DNA of 64,000 nt from the human T2T-CHM13v2.0 reference genome, Homo sapiens (GCF_009914755.1 NC_060946.1), one strand, 5' to 3'. Shown: positions 31,101-47,305, numbered from the stretch's first letter. Notes: generated from the letters alone by a model not told the origin. Numbers and translations: made by a program.

Positions 31101-33240
31101 CAGGAGCAGGTTGGGGTGTGTGTGTGGGGCAGGGGATGATGCAGGAAGGTGGGGAAAGCCAAGAATTCTGCTTTGGCCGTGTATCTAGTTTTGCTACGTT
31201 CTATTACCTCTTCACTCCCTGCTCCCAGCCTATATCTTCTTGGCAAGTGAATTAATTAATTAGCAATGTAAAGAACTCATGAAAGAAGAGATTTGGGCTG
31301 TTCACATTGTATTTCCAACACTTGGAACACAGCCTAGCACACAGTAGGTGTTCAATCAAAATGAATATTTTTCTTGCTATAAAATTTCAAATGCATGTCT
31401 TCTCTGTGTCAGGCCCTGTGCTGAGGTACAAGGGATGAAGATGGGATTAAAATATCATAATCAGGGAGGATTGGAAAGTACATAGCTGACCCAGGGCATG
31501 CCAACCAGCCTGGGAGAGGGGTGGGTGTCTGGCATTCCCCACTGCGTGTGCCCACAGTCCCTGTGTTCATCCTCTTGTGGCACTTCCATGTTTTGAGTTG
31601 CTGTTTTGTGTCTGAACTCGTCTGGTGCATCAGTTCTCACAGCTGTCGGTTCCCACAGCTAAGCAAGCCTGCTCTGCTCTCTAGGGCTACAGAGCCAGTA
31701 CGTAGTAGGTCTGCAATGCTTATTTGATGAATAAATGAACATAATGAAGGCAAGGGCTGTGGAAGTCCAGGGCAGGAAGCATTCATTTCTGTCTTGCAGT
31801 GTCTCAGAAGGCTTTGGGGATAAGCTGACCCTCAAAGACCAGGAGAAAAGATCACAACTGGTGAAGGAACAGAGGAGGGCATTCCAAGCATGGCAATCAC
31901 ACATACAAGTGCAAAGAGGCATGAAGCCGCACAAGGGACTTCAAGGAGGTTGGTGTGACTGATGGGGGTGGACAGGAAAGCTGGGGCCCAATCCAGAGAG
32001 ACTGCTGTGCTTGGGGTTAGGGACCATCCATCGGCATTGCTGTCCTGGGGGCCCTCGTCTTGCCATAAGCAAACTGGGAAGAGAACAGGCTGTGCCATCA
32101 GAAGGCCCTCGGTTTGAATCTCAGCTCTCTGCAGCTTATGCTTCATGACCTTAGGCAGCGATTTAACCCCTCTGAGCCTCAGCTCTTCCTCACTTGTAAA
32201 TAGGGACCTAGTTTGTTCTTCTCGTAGGCCCTTTGCACTTGCTGCCTCCCCTGCAGGAATGTTTGTTCAGGTCTTAGCTTCCATATCACCTCCAGGGCAG
32301 CAGTGCTGGTCACTCTGGATGACACTGGCCTGCTTTGCTTTCATGATCACAGCCTCACATTCTCTTGTTTATCATCTGAAATCTCTTCCTGCCCACCCAC
32401 CTCCCCCAGGACATCAGATGATATCTATCTTGTTCATTGCAGTATCCCCAGTGCCTAGAAAGTGCCTGGAACAGCATAAATGCTCAGGGAATATTTTTTG
32501 AATGTATGAATAAGGTTATGGTTGTTAGGATTAAGCAAGGGAAACCCTATTTACGTATTTGGAAGATAGGAGGAGCAGGTCTCTAGAAGCCCCTGAATGT
32601 TAGTGGGTGAGTGGAACTTGGGGAAATGAGGGTACCCTGAGTTGATGATGGGGTGTGTGCAGGAGTGAGGCAGAGTGAGGGTCAGACTTGACCTCCCCTG
32701 GGGGAGGTGGCACTGGCCTGGTGCCACCCTCGCTTCTCCCCCAGGGCCTGCTCTTCTCTCTCGGGCCACAGAGTTGCTCAGCCCCATGCTGGAGCACCCA
32801 CTGCAGAAAGGTCTAGATGGGGCTGTTGGCCCCGGGGCTGGGAGGGAAGGAGATGTAATGAGATGGCAGGTTTTACTCCTTACATCTGGGAACTGCCCAG
32901 AAAACCTCAGGGAGCCCCAGGATCTGATGCCAAAGGAGGCTGGGGTGGTGGGCAGAGCAGGGCTGACCAAGCTTAGAAAGTGGGATGTGTTGAAGGGGAG
33001 TGGTTAGCTCTGAGCCTGGTAAAAACAGAAAGCAGAAACCCTGGGTATAGCCATGTCCAGAACAAGAATCCCCACAGAGAAGTCACTTTCCCACCCAGGA
33101 CAGGACTGTCACCCCCAAGAGAGTCCTGAGCCACCAAGCACGCTAGCCTTTCAACCCACCACCCCCCGGCTGGTATGAGATTTCCCCCAAAACTAAACTA
33201 CAGCAAAGAAAATTCTGATAGCAAATTAATCACAAAGTTA

Positions 33241-33711
<471 letters not shown>

Positions 33712-35060
33712 CTACTTGGGCAAGCAAGGTGGAGAGGGGACACAGAATGGCCCTGCATGGCCTGGTGACCAGGCTTAGCCCCCTCACAGCCCCACTCTCC
33801 TGCCTTCCTCCCTCCAGCCAAATCAGCCTCCCTCTGTCCCTGGATCCTGGTCCCTTGCCCACTCAGGGCCTTGACATCACCGTTTCTCCGCCTGGGCCAC
33901 GCATCTCTTGGCATCGGGCTCGTGCCCTCTTTCCCACAGGTGTCTGTTCTGAGAGGCCCAACTGACCACCCAATGAAGCCTGTCTCACTCCCCATCATTG
34001 CAAACTCTTTATCTGCTGAAGTTTTATCCTTAGCCCTTAGCAGCCACCCTCACCTCCCATAGATTTTTATTTTCTTATTTATAGTGCAAGGATGGGGCCC
34101 GGCTATGTTACTGCTTCCCTGCCTTGCACGTGGTATCTGGCACACAGTAAATATGTGTGGCCCAATGTGGCAAATACATGTGGATTGAATGGGAAAACCC
34201 CTGGGTCAGCAGGGTGAGAAGCAGAAGCAAAGCAGGAAGAGGAGGAAGGGAAGGGAATGGCCTGGCTGGAGTATCCCAGGAGGGCTGGCCTGGAACTCTG
34301 CACAGGGAGGACAATGGGGTCTTTAGGAGAAGACAATGGGTGGCTTCAGAGGTCCCTGGGCAGAGTGGAACCTGGAGAGGTGAAAAGGGAAGAAACGGAG
34401 GGGACTTCTTTCCATGTGGATTTCGGCAGATCAAGGAGGAGGTGTCCCCAGGATTGCTGGGGACAGCCATGCAGGCTGGGGAGTGGATCCTGGGGGTCGG
34501 GGTCCAGTCTGATGCAGGCCAGCATTGTGGCCTCAAGTGACAACAGCCTGAGGTCTCACTGGCCCTGTCTGGAAAATGGGGGCAGCATCACCTGCCTTGA
34601 GGTGCTGTTCTGATAATTAAATAAAATAATGTAGAAAAAGTACTTCCCACGCCTACTCCGTAGTAAGCCCTAAATAAATATTAGCTACATGTTGAGCTCC
34701 TACTGGGTGTTATGTGTTTTGAATAAAATACAAAAAAAAGAAAGAAAGAAACAGACGTAGCCCTGCTCAGAAGCAGTCACTCTCAAGTGGAGAGAGACCT
34801 GCATGCAGGGCTCAATATAATGTGGGCAACAGGATGGGGAGAGGGCGGAGGGAGGCATGCTAGGGAACACACCCTGTAGTGGACAGACAACGCCACCTGG
34901 GTATTCAGGAAGGGCTTCCAGGAGCTGGGAGAGCTGCTCTGGGTCTTGAAGGATAAGTGGAAGACTTAGAGGCAGAGAAGGCCAGGGAAAGGTTTTCTAG
35001 GCAAAGGGAATAGTAGACCCAACCTATATGGGGCATGAAATAGTTTTCAGCAAAAGTTAG

Positions 35061-35348
35061 TGCCAAGTGCAGTGGCTCACATCCATAATCCCAGAGCTTT
35101 GGGAGGCCGAGGCAGGAGGATTGCTTGGGGCCAGAAATTGGATACTAGCCTGGAAAACAGTGAGACCCCATCTCTACAAAAAAAATTTAAAAATTAGCCA
35201 GATGTGGCTCACACCTGGAGTCCCAACTACTGGGGAGGCTGAGGCAGAAGGATCACCTGAGCCCAGGAGTTTGAGGCTGCGGTGAACTATAAGCATGCCA
35301 CCACACTTCAGCCTCGACCACAGAGCAAGACCTCATCTCTTAAAAAAA
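35061..35348 (+). mobile_element. Alu (diverged AluJ-like)
   Basis: Two arms with GAGCCCAGGAGTTTGAGGCTGC. Confidence 0.9.
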
Positions 35349-37889
35349 CTTTTTTTTTTTTTAAATTAAAAAGTCCCATAAGTTTGTTGAGCACCTAACA
35401 TCAGTGAATAGGACTGGAGTACTCCCTGCCTCTCGGAACATTAGGAACATACATTCCCAGAAGGCAGCCACTACGTAATTGACTACACAATTGATTGATA
35501 GTTTAATTGTAATTGTGGTAAGTGCATGGTGCATTTGTGGGAGCTACAGGTAATTCTATTTCTCCAAAGTGCTAGGAGGGAACTGGCAGAGATCAGCTGG
35601 AAAGGGAGGCGGGGCCTGGTCAGGGGGTGCCTTCAATCTAACTTAGTGCCTACTATGTGCTAAGCTCTGTGCAGTGGACACAAAGATAAAACTAAGTCAG
35701 TCACCGGCAGGAACCAATGACTGAATGCAGTGTGATCAAGGAGGTCCATGGGGTGGGTCACAGGGACATAGCAGGGAGGGCTTCATAGAGGAGGTGACCT
35801 TTCCCCTTCCCCCAGTTGAACAGCAGTCCGACAGCCTGCTGTCCTGCCTTTTAAGGAACAGGGCTTCCCGACCCTGCAGGCTTAAAGAATCATTAGTCAC
35901 GTCTGAAGCTGGCTCAATAGCAAAGGGTTCTGAGCCTGGTGGAGTTTCTTTTTAGGCGTCTGGTGCAAGTGAAGGAGGTGTTGGTGTCATATTGAGGTAC
36001 AGACCCAAAGAGCAGTAGGTGAGAGGACCAACAGGCTGCTCCTGTGTCCAAAGGCTCGAGGAATGTTGGCTCTGCCCCATTATCCCAAGCTTGGGACAGG
36101 TTATTGTACCTCTCTCTGACTTTTTGCTCATCTGTAAAATGGGTGTGATGGCAGAGTCATGGGGCTGCTTTTGTCATGGGGATTGAATGGGGGTTTCTCC
36201 TGCTACGTTTTCATAATGAGTGCTTTGTCTGTGCTGCCAAGTGCACCACCAATTCCATAAATGTGGTTGACCTGGCTCCTTACAGAGGAGGTCAAAATCA
36301 CCAAGGGTTCTGAACATCTATAAGTTGTGGCCCAACACTATATTCTGAAAACAGGTCTGATTAGGAACACACTGTAATGGGTAGACAAAGACCCCATCTC
36401 CTGGACCCTGATGGGTTTTGCGGATTGTCAAGTTCCTCTTTTCCTAAAATAGCTTCCTTTTCAACAACCTGTGGGTGCCCGAGTCCCTCTGTTGGTATCA
36501 GTTGGGCTATCTGGTATATTTATGGGTAGTCTTATCTGAGCCAAGTAACCTACTATGTGCTAACACGCCAACTCACTCCATGGGCCTGCTTGGAATTCAG
36601 AACCCACTGCCATGCAGACGGACATCGGGGGGCTTCCACAGGTACCCAGGGGTGGATCCCTGGCCCGCAGACTGGGCTAGACTTGCTGTCCTAGCTAGGT
36701 TCCTGCACCCTCTTCCCTGGGTCCTCACCTCCTGTCCTGCAAATGCTGTTTCATCATCTCTCCTAAGAAGCCTCAAGTTCTGAACGATGGGGTCCTTGTC
36801 CATTGTGGTTGTCATTGTGCCCTTTGTATCTTGCACATGGTTTGGCACAGAACAGGGCCTGAATAAACACAGGTTGTTGATAAATGTGGGGTAGGGGTAA
36901 GTTAGAGAGAAGAGGAGGAAATTGATAATAATAGCATATTCTCTCAATGTCAGGAGACCACGTTGACCACCCGGTTTCCATGACACTTGGGGAGTATGGC
37001 TGTGTGCTTGGTATACTTGGTGTCATATGAACTCATTTAATCTTTATAGCAAGTCCTCAAGGGAAGTTCTGTGATGGCCCTCAAGAGGCACAGAGAGGGT
37101 AAGCAACTTGCCCAAGGTCACACAGCTAATATGTGATACAGTCAAGATTCTAGGCCCTGAGGCTCTAGTACTATAGAGACTCCTATTAATAGATAACCTA
37201 CTATGTGTTGGGCATTTTCTCCCTTAATGCTATAAAAACCTTGGGAAAACTGAAGCTCAGGGGGCTGACCCTGCCAAGCCAAACAGCCAGCAAATGGCAG
37301 AGCTGTAATTTGCACACAGCTCTGCCTGTTGCCAAAGTCCTGCCCAGTACACAATTAGGGCCCCATAGTGGGGAGAGACTCCGCGGGTTAGGTGACTCCC
37401 CCACTTCCACTTACTCAGAGTGGCAAGCAGGTGTCTGCTGAGCCCTGGACCTCTTCCCAGCTCCTTGCTGAGCTTCAGGGCTTATGTCTCCGCCTGCTCT
37501 TGCTGCTAAGGGAACTATATTTACCTATGGAGGCCAAACTGAGTGGGATAGTGGAAAGAACCTGGGGTCTGGAGCTACATGTTGAGCTCCTACTGCCTCC
37601 CCCTCACGGAGCCTCATTTCTTTGTCTGGAAAATAGGAAAAATAATAATGACTCCTCAGTATAGAATTTATGAATTTATATCAAGGACCTAGGACTCTGT
37701 GGTACACAGAGAATGCTCAAGAAAGGTGTGATATTGTAGCATCTCTCTGCTTAGAACCTTTGATGACGTCTACACACAGCTTGTGAGATTTGACCTTCAA
37801 TCTCTTCCATCACCTTCCTGCCCTACTCCCACAGAGTTCCAGCTACACTCCTCTTGTTTCTCTCAACAAGCCGGGCCCTTCTGTGCTAT

Positions 37890-39440
37890 GAATTCTCCCA
37901 TGAAATCATTTTGTCTTTCAACATAGATACATATGTAGATAATCTGCAGAAGGGCATAATCGAGGTGAAGTCATACCTGCTAGTCCCTTTTCAGCCTTGC
38001 TTTTTTTCTTTTGCTTGTCTCTTTCCTCTTTATGTATATATCCCTCTCCCATCTCCGTACCCATGTTACAACCGATATATCTCTAGGTGTTCAAGCAATC
38101 ATAAGCAAAATAGACACGCAGATCGTCTTCACACACAAACACACCTGCGCATATCCAGATGCCACTCACATACAGAGAGCTGGACCATTCTTTTACAGAA
38201 TGGGATTATACGAGGCACCCTTTCTGTGTCTTGCTTTACTCATTCAAACACCACCACCCGTGGGAATCCCTCCAAGTCAGCCTCTGCAGCTCTAATTCAT
38301 TCTTTTAATGGCACCATCATTTTTCAAAGTGAGGAACTACTATAATTTCTTCATCCAGTCTTCTATTGACAGACGTTCACTTTATTTCCAATTTTTTTTT
38401 CCCTCTGCTATAAGCAGTGCTGCCATAAACCTCCTTGTACATACATCCTTCTAACTGGAGATTTTATTTTGATGGAATAGATTCCCAGGAGGGGGATTGC
38501 TCAATTGAAGAGACTATGTATTTTTTATTTTAGTCAATGTTGCCAGATTGCTTTCCAAAAGTGCTGTAACACTTTGCGTTTTCTCCAACAATTCATGAGT
38601 GCTTTCCTACTGTTTCCCAGCAGCCATTCCAGCAACAGGTGTTAGCATTATTTTTAATTTTTGCCTGTCTAATAGGGGCAAAGTGAAATCTCAGTTAATG
38701 TCCTATACAATAGTGAGTGTGCATATTGTTGTATGTTTGTTGGCCATTTAGATTTGTACTATGTCTTGCCTATTTTTATCCTTTGCCTAACTCCAGTTCT
38801 CCTTGTTCATTGCTTATCAGTTTATAACAGCTCTTTGTATATATAGATATTAACATTTTGCTTGATATCTGTGTTGCAAATAGTTTTGTGCTTAAATCTT
38901 TTGTTTTTATATCAATGTTGTGAATATCTGTTGCCACAAAAGTAATTTTTATGTAGTAAAATATGTCTTTCTTTAAAAATATGACTCTCTTGGTGTTTTT
39001 AAAAATGCTCTGAGATCACCCTTGTCATTTCCTACATTTTCTCCCAAGATATTTATTATTTTAATGTTGGGGGCTGTTAACTCTTTAATCCATCTGGGGT
39101 TTATTTATGTGTGTGATTGTAAGAGGAGGTTTCAACTTTCTTACAAAAGCTAGCTGGTTGTGCTGGCATGATTAATAAAACAGTTGCTCCTTTTCCAGCA
39201 TAATTGAAATACCATCTCTGCCACATATTAAATTCTCATGAATACTTTGATCTAGTTCTGAGCTGTCTGTTCTGTTCCACTGATCTGTGTATCGCTTCCT
39301 CACCAGCACCATTCAGATTTGATTATAGGGGCCTTAATATGTTCTGATCTCTAATAAGCCACGTTCTTCCCCCATATTCTTCTCTTTCGCAGGATCTGGT
39401 TGTTCCCGGCTCTGCATTCTTCTACATGAACTTTGAGCTG
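37890..39440 (-). mobile_element. Old L1 (L1M/L1ME-type) fragment, antisense
   Basis: T-rich stretch with antisense L1 motifs (AGATTCCCAGGAGGGGGATTGCT, GCCAGATTGCTTTCCAAAA, TCTGTTCTGTTCCACTGATCT). Confidence 0.7.
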
Positions 39441-39883
39441 GTTTCATTCAATGGTGCCTTATACCACCCCTGCATCCCAGGGCCTGAGATGGGGCTAGAC
39501 ATTCAGCAGGGGGGCAGGAGATGTTTGTTGAATATAGTTGATGCTCTCATACCTCCCCAGTGCCTCCTAACCCCCACCCCCAGGACTATAAGATATTAAA
39601 TAGTATTCAAACCAAAGTTAATATGAAAGTGTGTACATAGCAGACAAATCTAACTGAATGGAGGAAGCTTCAGAGGCCTTTAAAGCAAGGAGAGAAGTCG
39701 CTCTTGTATTCAACACCTATTTATTGAGCACCTACCATATGCTAGACCTTATTCTAGGGCCTGGGGATATAGCAGAGGCCAAGGGAGACAAAAGTTCAAT
39801 TTCAAGGTGTGATAATGGTAACGTGTTAATTATTTTTTGGTGAGATAATGATATTGTTGTTATGTTTAAAATAAAGAGCGCTC

Positions 39884-40327
<444 letters not shown>

Positions 40328-40377
40328 TTAAATTGGCAATTATGGAAACTCAGCAATGGGTAAATAGGGATTTATTA

Positions 40378-40720
40378 TACAGGCAAGTATCCCTTAAACA
40401 AAAAGTGCTTGGGACCAGAAGTGTTTCAAATTCAGAGTTTTCGGATTTTGGAATATTTACATATCATAATGAGGTATCTTGGGGATGGGATCCATCTCAA
40501 AACATGAAATTCATTTATGTTTCATATATACCTTATAGACATAGCCCAAAGGTGTTGTTATGCAATATTTAAAATAATTTTGTGCATGAAACAAAGTTCA
40601 TGTGTTATGAGGTCAGGTGTGGACTTTTCCACTTGTGGCGTCCTGTTGGTGCCCAAAAAGTTTTGGATTTTGGAACATTTTGGATTTCAGATTTTCAGAT
40701 CAAGAATGCTCCACATCTAC
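40378..40720. mobile_element. Tigger4/MER46-like TcMar DNA transposon relic
   Basis: TACAGG..GTATCCCTT..AAAAGTGCTTGGGACCAGAAGTGTTTC ... TTTGGATTTCAGATTTTCAGAT..GAATGCTC. Confidence 0.7.
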
Positions 40721-41068
40721 TGTTTTCTCTACTTTTGTCTGTATTGGAAATATTCCATGATAAAAAAAAGTTTTAGAAACGCATACAGAGCTTATTATGT
40801 TCCAGACATTGTTCTAATTGCCTTACGTCCATTCATTCATCAAATCTTCAAAACAGCCCTAGGAGGAGGGTATTATCATCCCAGTCTTACAGATGAGAAA
40901 AGCGAGGCCCCATGAGATCCAGTCACTTGCCCAGGGTTGGTCTCAGTGAGTGAGTGGCAGAGCTCCCTGGCCCCATGGCCTTCCTCTCAAACACCATGTT
41001 CTACCGTCTTTCCCATCTCCCACTTATTCTGGTGAGCCTGCAAATGGACAGCTAAATGAGATGGGATT

Positions 41069-41369
41069 CTTTTTTTTTTTTTTTTTTTTTTAGATGGAGT
41101 CTCGCTCTGTTGCCCAGGCTGGAGTGTAGTGGTGCCATCCTGGCTCACTGCAACCTCTGACTCCCGGGTTCAAGTGATTCTCCTGCCTCAGCCTCCCGAG
41201 TAGCTGGGACTACAGGCACAAGCCACCATGCCCAGCTAATTTTTTGTATTTTGGTAGAGAAGGGGTTTCACCATGCTAGCCAGGATGATCTCAATCTTCT
41301 GACCTTGTGATCCGCCTGTCTCAGCCTCCCAAAGTGCTGGGATTACAGGTGTGAGCCACCATGCCCGGC
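41069..41369 (-). mobile_element. Alu (AluSc-like)
   Basis: Poly-T, reverse-complement consensus, TSD AGATGGGATTCTT. Confidence 0.95.
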
Positions 41370-43270
41370 TAAGATGGGATTCTTTCATAAAGTAGGAAGG
41401 GCTATGAAAGATACAAAAGATACAAAACAAGGTTATGGGAGAGAGAAAGACTGGTCGTGGGAGAAGGTGAGACTGAGAGTGAAGAGGTGGTGTCCTCTTT
41501 TGGGTGAGTGATCAGAGAAGGCCCCTCCAAGGAGCTGAGACCTGCACAGACATCTGAGAGAGATGTTCAGACAGAGAGGCTGGCCAGTGCTGTCTCTGAG
41601 CTAGAACCAGAAAGGATCACAGTGGACAAGGATGAAACCTGTTTGGGCACAGCGGCAGGCCCCAGATCTCACTGCAGGCTGTTATGAGGTGTTTTTAGGT
41701 TCAAAAAAAAAGTGAACCAAGCCATCTCAGTAAGATCATAATGATTTATTGGATTTATAAGCTCTATGATCATTTAAATACATTTACCTACATTTTGTGG
41801 TGCTAAATTCATCTATAACAGAGGAGTAATTTAATTCTGAAGCCACATTAACTGCTCTTTGCCTTCTCGCAAAGTCACCCACTCTTGATTTTTTTTGCAT
41901 AACTTAATTCAGTTTTTCTGCTCTTGCTACATTTTCTTCAGCTCCTACACATTTTTTGGGAGGTGGTTATAATGTTATTATCTTATTATTAGTCACTAAC
42001 CGGGAATAATTCACTTTTCCAATTGATCTATGCTGCTTACAAAATGCCATATCAACTGGAAGCACAGTCTGGTTAGTGAGTTTTGAGAGCCAGTTCAGAC
42101 AGACCACTTTGTGTGACAGGCTTGGCTCAGGCAATGATGACCTCTATGAGCTGAATTTACCTGTGGTCAAACGGTCCCAGTGTTGGAAGAGCATCCACAA
42201 GCCAGATTCTCAAGGGTGCGGCAGGGGTACCTGATTGTGTCCAACTCATGTTGTGTGCTGAATATTTTACACAGTTCCTGCTAGTTTGCATTTGTCCTAA
42301 ATCAATTTCTGACAATGTCAAGTTCAATGGATTCTCTAGATAAAACATCCCTGAGCACCATGTTTCCCTTGAAAGGATGCCCAGCTGCATATGCACATTT
42401 GTGGTGTAGCCTTCACACAAACACACTTATTTGGGTAAAGTAGAAGTGTGTATGTGGGAACTAATACATCCTTCTGCCATCGTGACTCAAGCCTGAGGAG
42501 TGTTAATTGTGGATGAGTGGGGTTTTGGGGCATAAGCAATTGCCTGGTTCACTTTATGGTAGAATCACCCCGAAGCTGTGTATTGGGAGGAGAGAATGAG
42601 GACGGAACATTAGGTGAACTAAAAGGAGAGGCTATAAACTGAAGCTTATTCTTTGGGTAAGAGCAAGCCAAATTTATTCATGAATGGGTGTTCCTGGCCT
42701 TTGCTTTCCTGCTGTCATCTAATCAGGTTTTCTTGATTCTTGACTAGGTTTTTGGAAGAACTTAGGGATATAGAATCAAAAAGAAAGGAGGAGAAAGAAA
42801 TGAACAAGAAGCCCTCTATTTAGGGTTCAGGAGAAGTTTTTCAGGGTGTTAGAGGAAAGGGTGGGAGAACCATAGGGGTGACGAGGGAGACAAGAGGGCA
42901 TAGAAATTTTAAGAGATATCGCTACAGATATCTCCAATCCGTAGAGTAACCTGGTGGGCTTTGCATGTGGCTTTGACCAGTCATTGGCCCTTCTGGGTCT
43001 CCTCATCTCCCCATCTCTCAGAACTTGGACCCCAGGAAGCCAAAGGGCCTTTCTAGTGCTCACATTCAGATGTCAAATGGCATCCTCAAACTATGCTTGG
43101 TCCAGGACTCTGGAGAGATCTGGATTCCTATTGACTCAGAAAATTACTCAGTATTATTTTATCTGGTGTAAGCCACATCCCTCTTCTGTGCCTTGATTAC
43201 TCTATTGGCTCATCAAGGACACTGAAATAAACACAGGGGACTCACAACGTGATATTCATGAAGTTGGGTT

Positions 43271-43580
43271 TCTTTTTTTCTTTTTTTGAGACAGAATCTT
43301 GCTTTGTCTCCCAGACTGGAGTGCAGTGGCGAGGTCATGGCTCACTGCAGCCTCAACCTTCCAGTGTCAAGTGGATCCTCCCTTCTCAACCTACCAACTA
43401 GCTGGAACTACAGGCACATGCCACCACGCTCGGCTCATTTTTAATTTTTTTTTTTTTTTTTTTTTGTAGAGACAGAGTTTTGCCATGTTGCCCAGGCTGG
43501 TCTCAAACTCCTGGGCTCAGGCTATCCTCCCACCTCCGCCTCTTGAACTGCTGGGATTATAGGCATGAGCCACCCCGCTC
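43271..43580 (-). mobile_element. Alu (diverged AluJ-like)
   Basis: Reverse-complement consensus with a long middle T run. Confidence 0.9.
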
Positions 43581-44212
43581 AAACCAAAGTTCTTTTAATA
43601 AAGGAATTCCGCAGTGCAGGGTAGACAGCTTCCTTCTATCTCTCATATGTAAACTACCTCCTTTTCTTGCTCTCCTTTTCCCCTGACCCATTGTCTCCTT
43701 CTCTCCTCCTCAGGAGGCTGGATGGGGACACATACCATGAGTGACATCTTACCAGAGGGTGGCCATGAACTTCATCATGTTCCACAACTGTTAATGACCA
43801 CTGGCGCTGGCCCTGCTGCTCTCTGAACTCCTCTCTGTGGAACTGTGCCCCTTCTCTGGGAAGAGTCCTTGAAGCTCTACTGAGAATGAAACCTCTTCTT
43901 TCAGCTCATGTCAATCTTGGTATTTTCCCAACATGTTCAGGTTCTGGCTTGGAGGTGCTATCTGTTGTTGACTTTGGACATAAACGAAGCTGTTATTTGC
44001 CTCTTTTGGTTTGTTATGTTAACAAGCTTTTGGGATTTGTTCTTTAAGATTCCCCACCCCTATTGCATGATGATAGGTGCTGGAACCAGACTGGTTGGGT
44101 TCAAATTTTTGCTGTCGCTAACTTGCTTTGTGAACACATGTCAGTTACTGAATCTCCCCGTGCCTCAGTTTTTTAAATATGTAAACAGGGAGTTCTCGTA
44201 GTACCCGTGGGT

Positions 44213-44570
44213 CTTAGTCAGTTATTGCTATAGAACAAACCACCCCCAGACTTAGTAACATCAACAACAACTATTGTTTTTTTCATTCATGCATCTGGAG
44301 AGAGGCTGGGGAGGAGGAGGCTTGGGTTTGGCTTATCTAGGTGGGGCTTGCTAGGCTTGGCTCTGAGCTGTGGATTAAACACAGGTCTTCTCCATTTGTC
44401 TTTCATCTTCTTTGGGCCACCGGCTACATAAGGCATGTTCTGATGGCAAAGAGGAGAATTAAAGGGGAAGTCCTATTGGCCAAAGCTGGTCAATGGGAGA
44501 GAGAAGCGTACGCCCCTAGGGAGAGACAGAGGGGAGTGAATTTTTGTTGAACAATTATCCTAACTATCAC
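44213..44570 (-). mobile_element. Old MaLR LTR (MLT1-type)
   Basis: TTAGTCAGTTATTGCTATAGAACAAACCACCCCCAGACTTAGT start. Confidence 0.55.
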
Positions 44571-45997
44571 ACTGTTGTGATAGTTAAATGATTTAATAAC
44601 TTTAACAGGCTAATAACAGTACCTGGCATGGAGTAAGTATTCAATAAATAACAAACATTGGTAGTGATAATATCAGTACTAGTGGTAATATTAATATTGG
44701 CATTTTTAGTAGTATATGCACACCTCAGGTACTCTTTTCAAAATATACATTCACACTAAAGTGTAAATGTCTGCTGGTATAACACAGACCTCAAATGTGT
44801 ATGTTTAACAGGAGCAGTTAAGCCAGAGGTGAAGGCATAAAGGTAGATTTTTGAGATTCAGTAAAATCTAATGATGAAGAAAGGGGGTTCTGGAGTAAGT
44901 CAAATTTGGATCAAAATGCAAACTCTGCCACTTATTTTGCTGAGTGACCATGGGCCAGTTTCTCACCCTCTCAGTGCCTCATAGGGTAGTGTGAATTTGA
45001 TAAGCTCTTGTAAGCAAAGCAAGTCAGAAAGCACCTGGCCCATAGCAAAGTCAATAAACACCCATGGGTAAAAAGGTCAGGAGTGGAGGGAGGAGGTAGC
45101 AGAAGCCTCTCATAGAACCCCAAACCTTGCCAGAAGGTGGTGAGCTCACCTCTGTCCATGGGTCTTTCCAGTAAAGGTTCATTAAGCACCTACTATGAGC
45201 AGGCATATGCTATGGAACCACAGATTCACTTCTGCTCAATCCACTCATTTCCACAGTTAACTTGCCTCGTAGTTAATCTGGTGGCACGTGAGTTCCGCTG
45301 GATCTTAGATATGGTTATCAAAATTAAAATTAAAATGGCCACATGAGGGTTCTGTGGCAAAGCAAGTTTAAGAACCTGCACTAAACAGCCGAACAGGTTC
45401 TATGGCTGCGGCACTTCAAGCCTTGCCTAGGCTCCTGTGCCTAAGACTCTCCCAGAGAGCGATGTAGAAGGCAGGCTTCCAGACTTAAGTGACCACAGAA
45501 CCCAAAAAACTGGAACCTGGCTTTGGGAAACAGTGCTATAATTTCTTAGCATCTCTCCACCCCCATCCCTCCTTGCACTGTCAGCTGCTGGCATTCCTTC
45601 CCACCTTGCTGGTCCCCACAGCCCCATTCCTGGTCTCTCCCCTCCCTCAGGAAGTGCAGTAAGGTTTCCCAAGTTTGCATCCTTCACCCGGGTGGCACAC
45701 TGTCCCCCACACAGGATGAGGGGCTCTGTGCCTGCTATTTTCTGGTTTCTTTCTGTGGGATGTCTTCTTCCTCCCCTGCCTAGCGAATCCTGTTCATCCT
45801 CCATGCCTCTGCCCCTGCAGGCAGCCTCCAGCTGTCCTGGTCTGGGATCAAAGCCCCTTTTCAGATCCTTTTGGCCTCCACAGTGTCGCTGTCTCATACC
45901 TAATTACTGGTTGGCACCTGTGAGCTTCCTGCTGTCTCCTTCCCCTCCTATTTTGAGTGCTTTGAGGTGGGGGCAGCAGTGCAGTCCCGTGGTTAAG

Positions 45998-46302
45998 CTT
46001 TCTTTCTTTCTTTTTTTTTTGACAGAATCTTGCTCTGTTGCCCAGGCTGGAGTGCAGTGGTGTGATCTCGGCTCACTACAACCTCCATCTCCAGGATTCA
46101 AGCGATTCTCCTGCCTCTCAGCCTCCTGAGTAGCTGGGATTACAGGTGTGTGCCACCATGCCCGGCTAATTTTTTTGTACTTTTAGTAGAGACGGGGTTT
46201 CACCATGTTGGTCAGCCTGGTTTCAAACTCCTGACCTCGTGATCCGCCCGCCTCGGCCTCCCAAAGTGCTGAGATTACAGGTATGAGCCACTGCACCTGG
46301 CC
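45998..46302 (-). mobile_element. Alu (AluS-like)
   Basis: Reverse-complement consensus; TSD CCC(G/A)TGGTTAAGCTT. Confidence 0.95.
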
Positions 46303-47027
46303 AACCCCATGGTTAAGCTTACATGACTGCAGGGGGCTTTAGATCCTGTGTGACTCTGGGCACCTGCACGTGCTTCAGTGTCCTGCTCTGTGAAATGGGA
46401 ATAACAATTGTAGCACCTCATAGGATGCCATGTGGAGGGAGAAGCAGCCTTTCCCTCCATTTCCTGCTTTCCTTATGTGGGGAGGTGGCAGAATGAAATG
46501 GAATGGGCTCAGACCAGGAGCCAGTGTTTGAATGCCGCTGTGAGACAAAGGGTGAGTGACTTCACCTGCTGAAACCTCCGCTTCCTTCTCTGAATGACAG
46601 AATGCCTCCATTTCTATTTCTATTGCATGGGGTTGAATTAATAATCTGAGGCTATGCATCTATAGGAGCTGACAGAGTAGGTGCTTAATAAATATTTGTA
46701 AAGAAAATATAGACTTGCACTCAGCACCACAGACCTGCGACATGCAACCCACTGGGCTCCCTGAAAGCCTGAGTGGGGAGGCATTTAGAAGGCAGGTGAG
46801 TCTATTGCTTCATTTCACAGATGAGAAAACTGATGCCCAGAGACAGTCGGAACTCACCTAAGGGCACACAGCAAGTAGGGGTTAGTAGATCTTAGATAAG
46901 AGCCCAGGTCTTCCTGACTTTCAGTCCAGGGAGATTTCGGACTCTCTAGATGGGCCTCAAGACATCTTGGGTTTGGAGAGCATGTGGGGATAGTAAACCA
47001 CAAAAAAGGCCAGGCACAGTGGCTCAT

Positions 47028-47305
<278 letters not shown>

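Noticed and set aside
46720-46740. RE1-like CTCAGCACCACAGACC
   Set aside because: Good left half, but the right half lacks the core GGACAG.
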